From NCBI GenBank assembly GCA_964016885.1, contig OZ024748.1, positions 25,854,001 through 25,918,000 on the forward strand: a DNA stretch of 64,000 nt, given 5' to 3'. This DNA is from Eledone cirrhosa. Taxonomy: Eukaryota. Shown piece after piece: positions 1-13,875 of this stretch. Under the pieces are notes generated by a model that was not told the DNA's origin, did no database searches, and saw only the letters and a program-made list of their open reading frames with translations. Each line of letters begins with the position of its first letter. Position 1 is the first letter of the stretch. A program made the position numbers and the translations under genes.

Positions 1-358
1 TTATATCATTTCATACAATATTATCATACACACAACACACAAAAGCAAGATGGTGTAGGATAGAACAAAGGAGAAACACAAAATAAGAAATCAGTCACTG
101 AGAAGGTCACAGAATGTGTGACAAAAGAGCTTTGACTATATATAACCATCCGGTTATTGAACCAACCAACTGGAAATTTATAATAAATTAAAGTGAAAAC
201 CAACAGGTGCATGTGTTTTTATTGGCAGCATGACCCTCCCAAAGTATAACAATATAATAGAGTTTTATCATATAACAAACTTATATTATAATAGATTTAT
301 GGCTATTAAAAAGAAAAAAACAAACAAATTATAGACTGTATACAGAAATTATAGAATG

Positions 359-559
359 TATGAAGGTCAGCTGAAAAGTTCATAGGCTGTCTATACAAGA
401 GTTATGCTAGAGTTGTGAAATCTTGCATGCATTAATTTCAACTTTCCTTATTAATAACTGCATTGTTTCTTTCCAGGGACTATGTTGAAAAATAACCTCA
501 TGTGGTCATTCCATGAGAGTATCTTGGTCAGCCTATGAACATTTCAGCCAACCTTCGTA
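359..559. mobile_element. Tc1/mariner-type MITE (~200 bp)
   Basis: ~28-bp TIRs (gaaggtcagctgaaaagttcataggctg / cagcctatgaacatttcagccaaccttcg) flanked by TA; related copies at 41230 and 54493. Confidence 0.8.
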
Positions 560-654
560 TATAGAAATTATAGGATATATAGAAGAATTGAGAAAGGAAA
601 CAGTTTTTTTTTTAGTATTTCATGAAGTTAAAAACAGAGAAGATAGTTGAGATA

Positions 655-883
655 TTAACACTTTAGCATTTACATTACTCCATATTTACTATTTTATTTT
701 CACGGTAAACACTTTATTTCACATAATTATCTCACATAATATCAAATCTACAAGATTTTGATATTACTTATTTTGAGAGCAATACCTTAACATAAGTATG
801 AGCAGCTGGTTATGGTTGGTTAGAACAGAAATAGGTGAGAGAATTATGGCCAGATACAGCCAGTTTAAATGCTAAAGGGTTAA
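655..883. mobile_element. TTAA-flanked piggyBac-like MITE
   Basis: ttaacactttagcattta...taaatgctaaagggttaa termini; related inverted copy at ~46349-46563. Confidence 0.6.
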
Positions 884-1417
884 GGCAGTAGGCCATATAT
901 ATCCTTTTTTATACAAAACTTTGCCTTGGAGTTAGTTTTGTAAATAAGTTCTCAGCAAGTCAAAATTTGCACCTTAGATTCAATTCCCAGTTGAAGTGAA
1001 TTCAATTATAGCTTTGATAAATGCATGAATGTCACACAATCTCATTCCTCTTTCCTGTATAAGTGGGACTTTATTATTGACTAAGAAATCAATATTCCAT
1101 AGAATTCTGTCATGGGTGAGTGGTTAATGGTTAAAATAAATCAATAATCCATTATTTCTAAGAAAGATTAAATGGATTTCGAAGAAAAATGCTTGTTAAT
1201 GTAACTTAAGAAGAAAATAAACAAAACAAAAAGGAAAAGGCTAAAAGTGTCTTCATGTAGAAACATTGATAACTGTTAGTATCATATTGATTTGCAATGA
1301 GATGACAGTATGTACGGATGTATGGACCCATGACTAGTGCTGGAGTCAAAGGGACACTGTCATGACACACACCATTTCTTGGGCACTTTAAACCTGAGAG
1401 AACTCATCTTCTCACCA

Positions 1418-4400
1418 AGTCTGAACACAGCCAATTTCTGCCACAGAGAGAGAGACCAGGTCTGAACACAGCCAATTTCTTCCAAAGTGAGAAGAGGGGG
1501 AAGAGACAGAAAGAGAGCCAGTTCACCAGTCTAGGTCTGAACACAGCCGATTTCTTCCAAAGTGAGAAGAAGAGGAAGAGACAAAAAGAGAGCCAGTTCC
1601 CCAGTCTAGGTCTGAACACAGCCAATTTCTTCCAAAGTGAGAAGAAGAGGAAGAGACAGAAAGAGAGCCAGTTCACCAGTCTAGGTCTGAACACAGCCAA
1701 TTTCTTCCAAAGTGAGAAGAGGGGGAAGAGACAAAAAGAGAGCCAGTTCACCAGTCTAGGTCTGAACACAGCCAATTTCTTCCAAAGTGAGAAGAGGGGG
1801 AAGAGACAAAAAGAGAGCCAGTTCACCAGTCTAGGTCTGAACACAGCCAATTTCTTCCAAAGTGAGAAGAGGAGGAAGAGACAGAAAGAGAGCCAGTTCA
1901 CCAGTCTAGGTCTGAACACAGCCAATTTCTTCCAAAGTGAGAAGAAGTGGAAGAGACAAAAAGAGAGCCAGTTCCCCAGTCTAGGTCTGAACACAGCCAA
2001 TTTCTTCCAAAGTGAGAAGAGGAGGAAGAGACAGAAAGAGAGCCAGTTCACCAGTCTAGGTCTGAACACAGCCAATTTCTTCCAAAGTGAGAAGAGGAGG
2101 TAGAGACAGAAAGAGAGCCAGTTCACCAGTCTAGGTCTGAACACAGCCAATTTCTTCCAAAGTGAGAAGAGGAGGAAGAGACAGAAAGAGAGCCAGTTCA
2201 CCAGTCTAGGTCTGAACACAGCCAATTTCTTCCAAAGTGAGAAGAAGAGGAAGAGACAAAAAGAGAGCCAGTTCCCCAGTCTAGGTCTGAACACAGCCAA
2301 TTTCTTCCAAAGTGAGAAGAAGAGGAAGAGACAGAAAGAGAACCAGTTCACCAGTCTAGGTCTGAACACAGCCAATTTCTTCCAAAGTGAGAAGAGGAGG
2401 AAGAGACAGAAAGAGAGCCAGTTCACCAGTCTAGGTCTGAACACAGCCAATTTCTTCCAAAGTGAGAAGAAGAGGAAGAGACAGAAAGAGAGCCAGTTCA
2501 CCAGTCTAGGTCTGAACACAGCCAATTTCTTCCAAAGTGAGAAGAGGAGGAAGAGACAGAAAGAGAGCCAGTTCCCCAGTCTAGGTCTGAACACAGCCAA
2601 TTTCTTCCAAAGTGAGAAGAGGAGGAAGAGACAGAAAGAGAGCCAGTTCACCAGTCTAGGTCTGAACACAGCCAATTTCTTCCAAAGTGAGAAGAGGAGG
2701 AAGAGACAGAAAGAGAGCCAGTTCACCAGTCTAGGTCTGAACACAGCCAATTTCTTCCAAAGTGAGAAGAGGAGGAAGAGACAGAAAGAGAGCCAGTTCA
2801 CCAGACTAGGTCTGAACACAGCCAATTTCTTCCAAAGTGAGAAGAGGAGGAAGAGACAGAAAGAGAGCCAGTTCACCAGTCTAGGTCTGAACTCAGCCAA
2901 TTTCTTCCAAAGTGAGAAGAGGGGGAAGAGACAGAAAGAGAGCCAGTTCCCCAGTCTAGGTCTGAACACAGCCAATTTCTTCCAAAGTGAGAAGAGGGGG
3001 AAGAGACAGAAAGAGAGCCAGTTCACCAGTCTAGGTCTGAACACAGCCAATTTCTTCCAAAGTGAGAAGAGGAGGAAGAGACAGAAAGAGAGCCAGTTCA
3101 CCAGTCTAGGTCTGAACTCAGCCAATTTCTTCCAAAGTGAGAAGAGGGGGAAGAGACAGAAAGAGAGCCAGTTCACCAGTCTAGGTCTGAACACAGCCAA
3201 TTTCTTCCAAAGTGAGAAGAGGGGGAAGAGACAGAAAGAGAGCCAGTTCCCCAGTCTAGGTCTGAACACAGCCAATTTCTTCCAAAGTGAGAAGAAGAGG
3301 AAGAGACAAAAAGAGAGCCAGTTCACCAGTCTAGGTCTGAACACAGCCGATTTCTTCCAAAGTGAGAAGAAGAGGAAGAGACAAAAAGAGAGCCAGTTCA
3401 CCAGTCTAGGTCTGAACACAGCCAATTTCTTCCAAAGTGAGAAGAAGAGGAAGAGACAAAAAGAGAGCCAGTTCCCCAGTCTAGGTCTGAACACAGCCAA
3501 TTTCTTCCAAAGTGAGAAGAGGAGGAAGAGACAAAAAGAGAGCCAGTTCCCCAGTCTAGGTCTGAACACAGCCAATTTCTTCCAAAGTGAGAAGAGGGGG
3601 AAGAGACAGAAAGAGAGCCAGTTCACCAGACCAGGTCTGAACACAGCCAATTTCTTCGAAAGTGAGAAGAGGAGGAAGAGACAGAAAGAGAGCCAGTTCC
3701 CCAGTCTAGGTCTGAACACAGCCAATTTCTTCCAAAGTGAGAAAAAGAGGAAGAGACAGAAAGAGAGCCAGTTCACCAGTCTAGGTCTGAACACAGCCAA
3801 TTTCTTCCAAAGTGAGAAGAAGAGGAAGAGACAGAAAGAGAGCCAGTTCCCCAGTCTAGGTCTGAACACAGCCAATTTCTTCCAAAGTGAGAAGAGGGGG
3901 AAGAGACAAAAAGAGAGCCAGTTCACCAGTCTAGGTCTGAACACAGCCAATTTCTTCCAAAGTGAGAAGAGGAAGAAGAGACAGAAAGAGAGCCAGTTCA
4001 CCAGTCTAGGTCTGAACACAGCCAATTTCTTCCAAAGTGAGAAGAAGAGGAAGAGACAAAAAGAGAGCCAGTTCACCAGTCTAGGTCTGAACACAGCCAA
4101 TTTCTTCCAAAGTGAGAAGAGGAGGAAGAGACAGAAAGAGAGCCAGTTCACCAGTCTAGGTCTGAACACAGCCAATTTCTTCCAAAGTGAGAAGAGTGGG
4201 AAGAGACAGAAAGAGAGCCAGTTCACCAGTCTAGGTCTGAACACAGCCAATTTCTTCCAAAGTGAGAAGAAGAGGAAGAGACAGAAAGAGAGCCAGTTCA
4301 CCAGTCTAGGTCTGAACACAGCCAATTTCTTCCAAAGTGAGAAGAGGAGGAAGAGACAGAAAGAGAGCCAGTTCACCAGTCTAGGTCTGAACACAGCCGA

Positions 4401-7400
4401 TTTCTTCCAAAGTGAGAAGAGGAGGAAGAGACAGAAAGAGAGCCAGTTCACTAGTCTAGGTCTGAACACAGCCAATTTCTTCCAAAGTGAGAAGAGGCGG
4501 AAGAGACAAAAAGAGAGCCAGTTCACCAGTCTAGGTCTGAACACAGCCAATTTCTTCCAAAGTGAGAAGAAGAGGAAGAGACAGAAAGAGAGCCAGTTCA
4601 CCAGTCTAGGTCTGAACACAGCCAATTTCTTCCAAAGTGAGAAGAGGAGGTAGAGACAGAAAGAGAGCCAGTTCCCCAGTCTAGGTCTGAACACAGCCAA
4701 TTTCTTCCAAAGTGAGAAGAAGAGGAAGAGACAGAAAGAGAGCCAGTTCACCAGTCTAGGTCTGAACACAGCCAATTTCTTCCAAAGTGAGAAGAGGAGG
4801 AAGAGACAAAAAGAGAGCCAGTTCCCCAGTCTAGGTCTGAACACAGCCAATTTCTTCCAAAGTGAGAAGAGGGGGAAGAGACAAAAAGAGAGCCAGTTCA
4901 CCAGTCTAGGTCTGAACACAGCCAATTTCTTCCAAAGTGAGAAGAGGAAGAAGAGACAGAAAGAGAGCCAGTTCACCAGTCTAGGTCTGAACACAGCCAA
5001 TTTCTTCCAAAGTGAGAAGAAGAGGAAGAGACAAAAAGAGAGCCAGTTCACCAGTCTAGGTCTGAACACAGCCAATTTCTTCCAAAGTGAGAAGAGGAGG
5101 AAGAGACAGAAAGAGAGCCAGTTCACCAGTCTAGGTCTGAACACAGCCAATTTCTTCCAAAGTGAGAAGAGTGGGAAGAGACAGAAAGAGAGCCAGTTCA
5201 CCAGTCTAGGTCTGAACACAGCCAATTTCTTCCAAAGTGAGAAGAAGAGGAAGAGACAGAAAGAGAGCCAGTTCACCAGTCTAGGTCTGAACACAGCCAA
5301 TTTCTTCCAAAGTGAGAAGAGGAGGAAGAGACAGAAAGAGAGCCAGTTCACCAGTCTAGGTCTGAACACAGCCGATTTCTTCCAAAGTGAGAAGAGGAGG
5401 AAGAGACAGAAAGAGAGCCAGTTCACTAGTCTAGGTCTGAACACAGCCAATTTCTTCCAAAGTGAGAAGAGGCGGAAGAGACAAAAAGAGAGCCAGTTCA
5501 CCAGTCTAGGTCTGAACACAGCCAATTTCTTCCAAAGTGAGAAGAAGAGGAAGAGACAGAAAGAGAGCCAGTTCACCAGTCTAGGTCTGAACACAGCCAA
5601 TTTCTTCCAAAGTGAGAAGAGGAGGTAGAGACAGAAAGAGAGCCAGTTCCCCAGTCTAGGTCTGAACACAGCCAATTTCTTCCAAAGTGAGAAGAAGAGG
5701 AAGAGACAGAAAGAGAGCCAGTTCACCAGTCTAGGTCTGAACACAGCCAATTTCTTCCAAAGTGAGAAGAGGAGGAAGAGACAGAAAGAGAGCCAGTTCA
5801 CCAGTCTAGGTCTGAACACAGCCAATTTCTTCCAAAGTGAGAAGAGGAGGAAGAGACAGAAAGAGAGCCAGTTCACCAGTCTAGGTCTGAACACAGCCAA
5901 TTTCTTCCAAAGTGAGAAGAGGAGGAAGAGACAGAAAGAGAGCCAGTTCACCAGTCTAGGTCTGAACACAGCCAATTTCTTCCAAAGTGAGAAGAGGGGG
6001 AAGAGACAGAAAGAGAGCCAGTTCACTAGTCTAGGTCTGAACACAGCCAATTTCTTCCAAAGTGAGAAGAGGGGGAAGAGACAGAAAGAGAGCCAGTTCC
6101 TCAGTCTAGGTCTGAACACAGCCGATTTCTTCCAAAGTGAGAAGAAGAGGAAGAGACAGAAAGAGAGCCAGTTCACCAGTCTAGGTCTGAACACAGCCAA
6201 TTTCTTCCAAAGTGAGAAGAGGAGGAAGAGACAGAAAGAGAGCCAGTTCCCCAGTCTAGGTCTGAACACAGCCAATTTCTTCCAAAGTGAGAAGAAGAGG
6301 AAGAGACAGAAAGAGAGCCAGTTCACCAGTCTAGGTCTGAACACAGCCAATTTCTTCCAAAGTGAGAAGAAGAGGAAGAGACAGAAAGAGAGCCAGTTCA
6401 CCAGTCTAGGTCTGAACACAGCCAATTTCTTCCAAAGTGAGAAGAGGAGGAAGAGACATAAAAGGGAGCCAGTTCACCAGTCTAGGTCTGAACACAGCCA
6501 ATTTCTTCCAAATTGAGAAGAGGAGGAAGAGACAGAAAGAGAACCAGTTCACCAGTCTAGGTCTGAACACAGCCGATTTCTTCCAAAGTGAGAAGAGGAG
6601 GAAGAGACAGAAAGAGAGCCAGTTCACTAGTCTAGGTCTGAACACAGCCAATTTCTTCCAAAGTGAGAAGAAGAGGAAGAGACAGAAAGAGAGCCAGTTC
6701 ACCAGTCTAGGTCTGAACACAGCCAATTTCTTCCAAAGTGAGAAGAGGAGGAAGAGACAAAAAGAGAGCCAGTTCACCAGTCTAGGTCTGAACACAGCCA
6801 ATTTCTTCCAAAGTGAGAAGAGGAGGAAGAGACAAAAAGAGAGCCAGTTCACCAGTCTAGGTCTGAACACAGCCAATTTCTTCCAAAGTGAGAAGAGGGG
6901 GAAGAGACAGAAAGAGAGCCAGTTCACTAGTCTAGGTCTGAACACAGCCAATTTCTTCCAAAGTGAGAAGAGGGGGAAGAGACAGAAAGAGAGCCAGTTC
7001 CTCAGTCTAGGTCTGAACACAGCCAATTTCTTCCAAAGTGAGAAGAAGAGGAAGAGACAGAAAGAGAGCCAGTTCACCAGTCTAGGTCTGAACACAGCCA
7101 ATTTCTTCCAAAGTGAGAAGAGGAGGAAGAGACAAAAAGAGAGCCAGTTCCCCAGTCTAGGTCTGAACACAGCCGATTTCTTCCAAAGTGAGAAGAAGAG
7201 GAGGAAGAGACAGAAAGAGAGCCAGTTCACCAGTCTAGGTCTGAACACAGCCAATTTCTTCCAAAGTGAGAAGAAGAGGAAGAGACAAAAAGAGAGCCAG
7301 TTCACCAGTCTAGGTCTGAACGCAGCCAATTTCTTCCAAAGTGAGAAGAAGAGGAAGAGACAAAAAGAGAGCCAGTTCACCAGTCTAGGTCTGAACACAG

Positions 7401-7928
7401 CCAATTTCTTCCAAAGTGAGAAGAAGAGGAAGAGACAGAAAGAGAGCCAGTTCACCAGTCTAGGTCTGAACACAGCCAATTTCTTCCAAAGTGAGAAGAG
7501 GCGGAAGAGATAAAAAGAGAGCCAGTTCACCAGTCTAGGTCTGAACACAGCCAATTTCTTCCAAAGTAAGAAGAAGAGGAAGAGACAGAAAGAGAGCCAG
7601 TTCACCAGTCTAGGTCTGAACACAGCCAATTTCTTCCAAAGTGAGAAGAGGGGGAAGAGACAGAAAGAGAGCCAGTTCACCAGTCTAGGTCTGAACACAG
7701 CCAATTTCTTCCAAAGTGAGAAGAGGGGGAAGAGACAGAAAGAGAGCCAGTTCACCAGTCTAGGTCTGAACACAGCCAATTTCTTCCAAAGTGAGAAGAG
7801 GGGGAAGAGACAGAAAGAGAGCCAGTTCACCAGTCTAGGTCTGAACACAGCCAATTTCTTCCAAAGTGAGAAGAGGAGGAAGAGACAAAAAGAGAGCCAG
7901 TTCACCAGTCTAGGTTTGAACACAGCCG
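1418..7928. repeat. 75-bp tandem satellite, ~86 copies
   Basis: Unit agtctaggtctgaacacagccaatttcttccaaagtgagaagaggaggaagagacagaaagagagccagttcacc, highly homogeneous. Confidence 0.98.
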
Positions 7929-10195
7929 AGAGAAGAAAGAGAGAATTGACTCTAGTACTGGACTGGTATTTTTGTTTTAATCAACCTCTGGCAATTCAAT
8001 TTATTACCCTCATGGATGACAGTACTTACAAATTAACTATGAATAATATAATAGTATGATAGTTTGTATTACAGGATTGTTTTATATATTTCTACATCTT
8101 TGTTGATTTAATTGACTTCAGACAGCAATAAACATTATTTAAACACACTTCTATCTATAGACCAGAACAATGTAAATTCTATTTATAAAACATACCAACA
8201 ACACATTCAGTAAAAAGAACATCATCCTCATCATCATTTAGTTTAACGTTTTCTTTACTTGTCACAAGCATTGGACGTTCTGGTAACCACTTTCAAAGCA
8301 TCTTGCCAGACTGTTTGTTCCAAGAATAGGGTTTGTTCCAGGTTTCGGGCTTTCAGAACATCTCAATAAATAATTATTGCAAAGAAAATTCTAATGCATA
8401 TTTATCCCAATGAGGATAGATATGAAAGAGAATTATTCTGATATTATCTCTTGATATTTTGCAAAAAATATCTAAATTGTTAATTCAATTGTTTATAGTA
8501 TCTTAACTAGTAATCAGATTGTTGTGAAAATTTGCAGTATTAGATTAACGTAAAAACTTTAATTTCTAATGTGATGTAGTCATAGTGCTGTTTTGTACTT
8601 TGCATGAGTGTCTTGCTAGTGTGGTAGAGGCTGTTAAGAGTCAAATAAAGTCTTTAAGATGTTGACTGATAAAATGAGAAGATGAATGATAAAAATAGAA
8701 AGCAATAAAGAATATTAGGTTGAATATTGGTATCAGATACATTACTTGGAGTTGTATTTGTCCTGTGGCATGTGATACATTGATTTTTTGGAAATGGTGT
8801 ACGTAAAGAAGTGAATTCATTGATTATCTGTGACATTTAGCATGATCAGATAATGTCAGTTTTTATACAGTGAATGATTTCCATATACAAACTTATGCCT
8901 TTCTATAGATTTTCATAAAAATTATCAGAAGGTAAACTCCAGAGTCCTCTTGTTGAGGTATGTGGTTCAATGTGTCTTCTCCCACTTTTGGGGGAGTTTT
9001 CCTCAATCCTTTTTTTAAAAATATATATTCCATTTATTTGTACATGTTCTATTGAAAGAAAATTATGTAAGCTTGTTGTTGTATTTCCTATAGCATAACA
9101 TTTGTAGTTGTTACAAAAGAGTTAAAGTGTTTTTATATTGGCAGTCAGAATAACGATGAAATTATATTCGAAACTTCAACCCAAAGTACATTCCATAGCT
9201 GCTTCCTATAAAAGTATGAAATGTACAGTTAACCTTACTGGGATTTGAACTCAGAACATAGAGGGCTATAACTAAAAGCTACAAAACATTTTGTCCAATA
9301 CTAACAGTTCTCTCAATTCTGCACCCTGATTTCTAACATTGACACAATTATTAAATTTACGCAAATATTTAACTGGTATTTTATTTATTGACCCTGGAGG
9401 TATGAAATGCAAGGTTGGTTCCAGTGTAATTTGAAACGAGAACATTAAACACTCTAGCATTTGTGCTACTGTACTCACTTTAGCATTGCTAATATTAGTC
9501 ATGTAGAACTAAGAGCACAGATAATGAAGGTTTGACCTAAAAGAACCTTTACAATCACCAGAAAGATTCATTAAAATTTGCTGAAAGAATAATTAGGAAG
9601 TCTGTAGTTATTTCAAGTTGTTAGTATTTTTTCTGAAATGTTAAAGTGTTTTGTTTGTTAGGTTTTTGTCCCGAATAAATAAACAAACAAATAAAAAACA
9701 ATCTTCAAAGTATGAGATATCTTATTAGGTTGTCTCCCCTAACAAATTCTAGCTAGCATTTCTTGGTGAATTCCTTTCTGGGGAAGTTTGGGATATAAAC
9801 TAAGAGAAATTTCCCACAAATAAACCATGTTTATTAGTTTGACTCCCTTGCCATTATTGAAGAACAAATAAAACATTGACAACTGGCTGAAACTCCATAA
9901 TAAGTCACACAGAAAAGTCTATTAACCTTTTTGTTACAATATTTCTGTTGAAAGACGCTACCCATGATTTTAAAATAATCAACAATTTTAAGGGATTTAG
10001 TAATATAACTTTCTCATTAGTCAGTTGGCGTTTGTAGCATATCTTAAAGTTCTTACATAAAATTATGATGGAACATTTACATATATATATATACATATAC
10101 AGTTTAACAAATATATATGTACAAATACAGTTTAACAAACCTAAGAGTATGATGACCTATTGACAAATATTGAGTAAATAAACACACACATATAT

Positions 10196-10620
10196 ATCTT
10201 CTTCCTCTTATTCCTGAGAGGGTCGTGGGGGCAAAGTCCTCAAACACTCCCTCCAGCGGGTTCTGTCAAAAGCAACTATCCCCAGCCAAGCTCATGGATG
10301 TTATCCAACCATCTTGCTCGGCGTCTACCACTAGGTCTCCTACCGGTTGGTTTTGCCCGTAAAATATGTCCAGCAATTCTTTCCTGAGACATTCTAACCA
10401 CATGTCCATAGTACCGGTGCTGTGATCTCTCAATTTGGAGAACTAGTGGTTCTACCGGGAGTGGTTCTGATCTCCAAGCTATACACCTTATTGAGTAGCA
10501 TTTCGGAGGAATCCCATTTCAGCTGCATATATTCGCAATCGTATTCTTTCGGTCATTACCCAAGATTCATGACCATAGGTAAGGTTTGGCACAAAAACCC
10601 AATTGAAGACAGTGTGTTTG
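10196..10620 (-). mobile_element. Degenerate RTE-clade LINE 3' fragment
   Basis: Minus-strand translation gives RYYGHVVRM...KPTGRRPSGRRRARWLDNI, the typical RTE C-terminus. Confidence 0.6.
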
Positions 10621-11129
10621 ATTTTTATATGCCTACTTCCCTTCTTCTGATATACAAGGTTGACTGGTTAAGTCAAGTGGTTTTAGGTTCAGTCCCACAG
10701 CATAGTACTTTGACCAAGTGTCTTCTACTCTAGCCTTACGTTGACTTATGCCTTATGAGTGAAATTTGGTAATTGTGCAGAAAGCCCATCATGTATATGT
10801 ATCTAATACTCCCTATAATTTTCAAATCATTATTAATATAATCAAGAATTTGGAGGGATTTATGAATATAACTAACTTTCTCATCATTATGTTTGAAACA
10901 TAAAGGTTCTGACATAAAATTGTGAGGGAAGATTTTAAAATATAAAGACTTTAAAGTAAACAGTTTTATGCCACACAACCAGAATCAGTTTGGTATGAAA
11001 AGGGTTCAGGTTATTTACCATGCTAAAGTAAGAGTTGCCTTGCAGGACATCCCTGACAGGCTTCATACTCATCAATGTACAATAACATTCATTTGCTCAT
11101 CTGTTATTGTGAGTGTGTTGTTGCTCAGG

Positions 11130-11530
11130 TTAAACCAGCCACCATGTTTTGCTCCTTTCAGATCTGTTGTTGATTGGATAAAATGACTGGAACTGCTGAA
11201 GTGTTTCCTTGATCCTTAGAGTTTCAATGTTGCGTTCTGTCGCTAGCACTGTAACAGTCTTCAATCCTTGTTTCCGAAAGGATGTGGTTCTAGTGCTGAC
11301 ATGCTCCTTGATTCGTATGAGTAGCTGTTGAATGGTGCTGCTGATGTAAAAATCCTTGCACTTGTCACATTCAATCTTATAAACGAAGTAGGTGCACAAG
11401 CAATTGCTGAGGGAACATGTATTATCCACATTGTAGTGTTAAGTGTTGCTTACACTTGGAGAGTGCCTGTATGTGAAGGTGAAGATACAGATGCAGTGTA
11501 TGTGGTTGGCAGTGTTTTCAAAGCTTGGTG
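11130..11530 (-). mobile_element. Penelope-like element GIY-YIG endonuclease fragment
   Basis: FVYKIECDKCKDFYISST..L.IRIKEH...LRIKE...INNRSE follows the PLE GIY-YIG pattern. Confidence 0.75.
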
Positions 11531-12444
11531 AACACATGCATCCCTATATATAGGGATTTGGTGTAACTATTCTTAATTAGACGCAAACAGCAGAATTTAT
11601 TAGGAAACTATTGATCTACTTCTGATTCCCAGATTGCATGTTTAATTACAAACACACCTGCCAATTGTGTGAAGGAATTAGAGTGATTAGACACCTGAAT
11701 ATTTGGCAAGCTCTCAAAAACCTGTATGATACTTGGCCTGTTTTGTAAAGACTTTCATCACGTCATTAGGATTAATGCCATATCTTCAATGAAACATGAA
11801 CATAATATTATAAGGTCACAACTTGGTTGAGTCACTAGAACATTGGATAGAAAACCAAAGCAGAATCCACTTTGTTGCAAACATTAGGACAAGATATCCA
11901 GTTTGAGGATACCTTCCTCCCTCCAGTCTCAGAGGCTCTGAAAAGGGACATAGACTCTGCCACTCCCGTCTTTCAATCTCAGGAGTCGTGAAAAGGGTCA
12001 TGTATGTTGCCTTTCATAGAGGTGAAAGCACCTCTATGACTCAATCAGGAATTTAGATCTCAAAGACAAAATGAAGGAGTAACACATAAAAGTATAGGGA
12101 GGGGTGGTGGTGGTAAACATTTGAAGTTTTGGGGTTTTTCAATATTAGAAAGATTCAATTACAGTTATTGTTTAGCTCCAAATGAACTCTGCTCCAGTAG
12201 ATGTATGATCAAAAAGCATTTCAGCCATGACCATCTCATATTTTATTAGACATAGTACTATATAGGCTGATATTAAATATAATTCCCACAGATTTAGATA
12301 TAATCCAGTCATAGTACAACCACCAACCAATGACAACACCACCACCATATGACAACATACCATCACTGGCCTTCCACCTTGCTGTGACACCCCACCCCCA
12401 GCTCCAAGAGTACACTCGAAAAGATAGTGATAATAATGATAATG

Positions 12445-13170
12445 GTCTCTAATTTAGGCACAATGCCAGCAATTTAAGGAAGGGGGAAGTCGATTAAATC
12501 AACTCCAGTACTTGACTGGTACTTTATTTTATCGACCCTGGAAGGATGAAAGGTCAAGTTAAACTCAATCCCCCTCCCCGCAAAAAAGAAAATTGCTGGC
12601 CGTGTGCCAGTGCTAGAAATAATAATTATTATTATCAGGTTAGCTTTGCTTTTCATCCTTATGAGGTTGATAAAATAAAGTACTAGTAACACAGTAGGGT
12701 CGATTTAATCGATTTCCCTCACAAAAAAAAAAAAAAAAGAATTGTTGGCTTTGTGCCTGAATCGGCCTCTGACCTTGTTTGACCAGGCATGCTTGGTTGG
12801 CTGACTGGTTGCCATTCTCAAACCATCGTAGACTTTGTTGTTATATGTGACATTGGATTAACGTGTCTCCCATTTTTATATCTCGTCGTTCCTGATTCTA
12901 ACTCATAAAGTTTTGTTGACATATTTGTGTGTTAAGGGAAATAACTCTATGGATGGATTTGTTTCCCTTGAAATTTCTATGCAGAGAGTTTGAATAATTT
13001 TGAAATTTCAGGAGATATAATTGTTTCTACTTTAGGCACAAGGCCAGCAATTACCCAGTGCATTACTGGTACTTTATTTTATCGACCCCGTAAGGATGAA
13101 AGGCAAAGTCAACCTCGGCGGGATTTGAACTCAGATCGTAAAGGGACATAACTATGCTGGAAAGCATGGC
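12445..13170. mobile_element. Cluster of Meta/MESC-core tRNA SINE fragments
   Basis: Repeated gactggtactttattttatcgacccc..ggatgaaaggcaaagtc core in both orientations (~12500, ~12650, ~13070). Confidence 0.75.
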
Positions 13171-13875
13171 GATAATTGTCTGGAAACTAAAACAACTACT
13201 ACACACAAGAGTCATTTTAAATATTTAAAGTTAAAAGGACTGAGTGGGTTAAAATAATGATTGGCCGTGCTAAAACAATTTGTTAATTTTGACTTCTTAC
13301 TTTATACTTATTATTTTCGGGTATCAAAATTTTCGTTGCACTGTCTACAGAATTGTCTGTGATCATGTCGCAGACAGTGCAACGAATATTTTGACACCAG
13401 GAAATAAATGATAAATATAAAGTCTTTATGTGTGATTTTAAATAACTAAAACGATTCTTCCACGCAAAAATTATGAAATGTTTTCTCATTGATTTTTTTT
13501 AAAAAATCTAGATTCACAATTCTGACAAAATTCAGAATAAGTAATATATCAAAGGCAAGCTCTCAAAAACCTGTATGATACTTGGCCTGTTTTGTAAAGA
13601 CTTTCATCACTTCATTAGGATTAATGCCATAGTTAGAAACTCAAAATAGTCTCTTACAATAAAATAGCTCTAGGAAAGAGATTTTTCCGAGCCGTATATT
13701 ATAATTGAATATAAAAGAAAAACGAACACAGATATATACATATATGTATTCAAATCGTAAGGGACCAGATTCGCTAAGTGAAAAGAATACTAACTATGGA
13801 CAATAGGGTTTGCCAGACACAATTTAAGAATAAATCAAGAAAATAAATACAAACCGGAATTGTGGTAACTACCAA

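Noticed and set aside
1404-7923. 1673-aa, 505-aa and 358-aa ORFs as real genes
   Set aside because: They are translations of the 75-bp satellite, with non-ATG starts, no unique domain and a frameshift; kept only as a speculative finding
1418-7928. CRISPR-like array
   Set aside because: No unique spacers, units are contiguous near-identical copies, no cas genes, eukaryotic context
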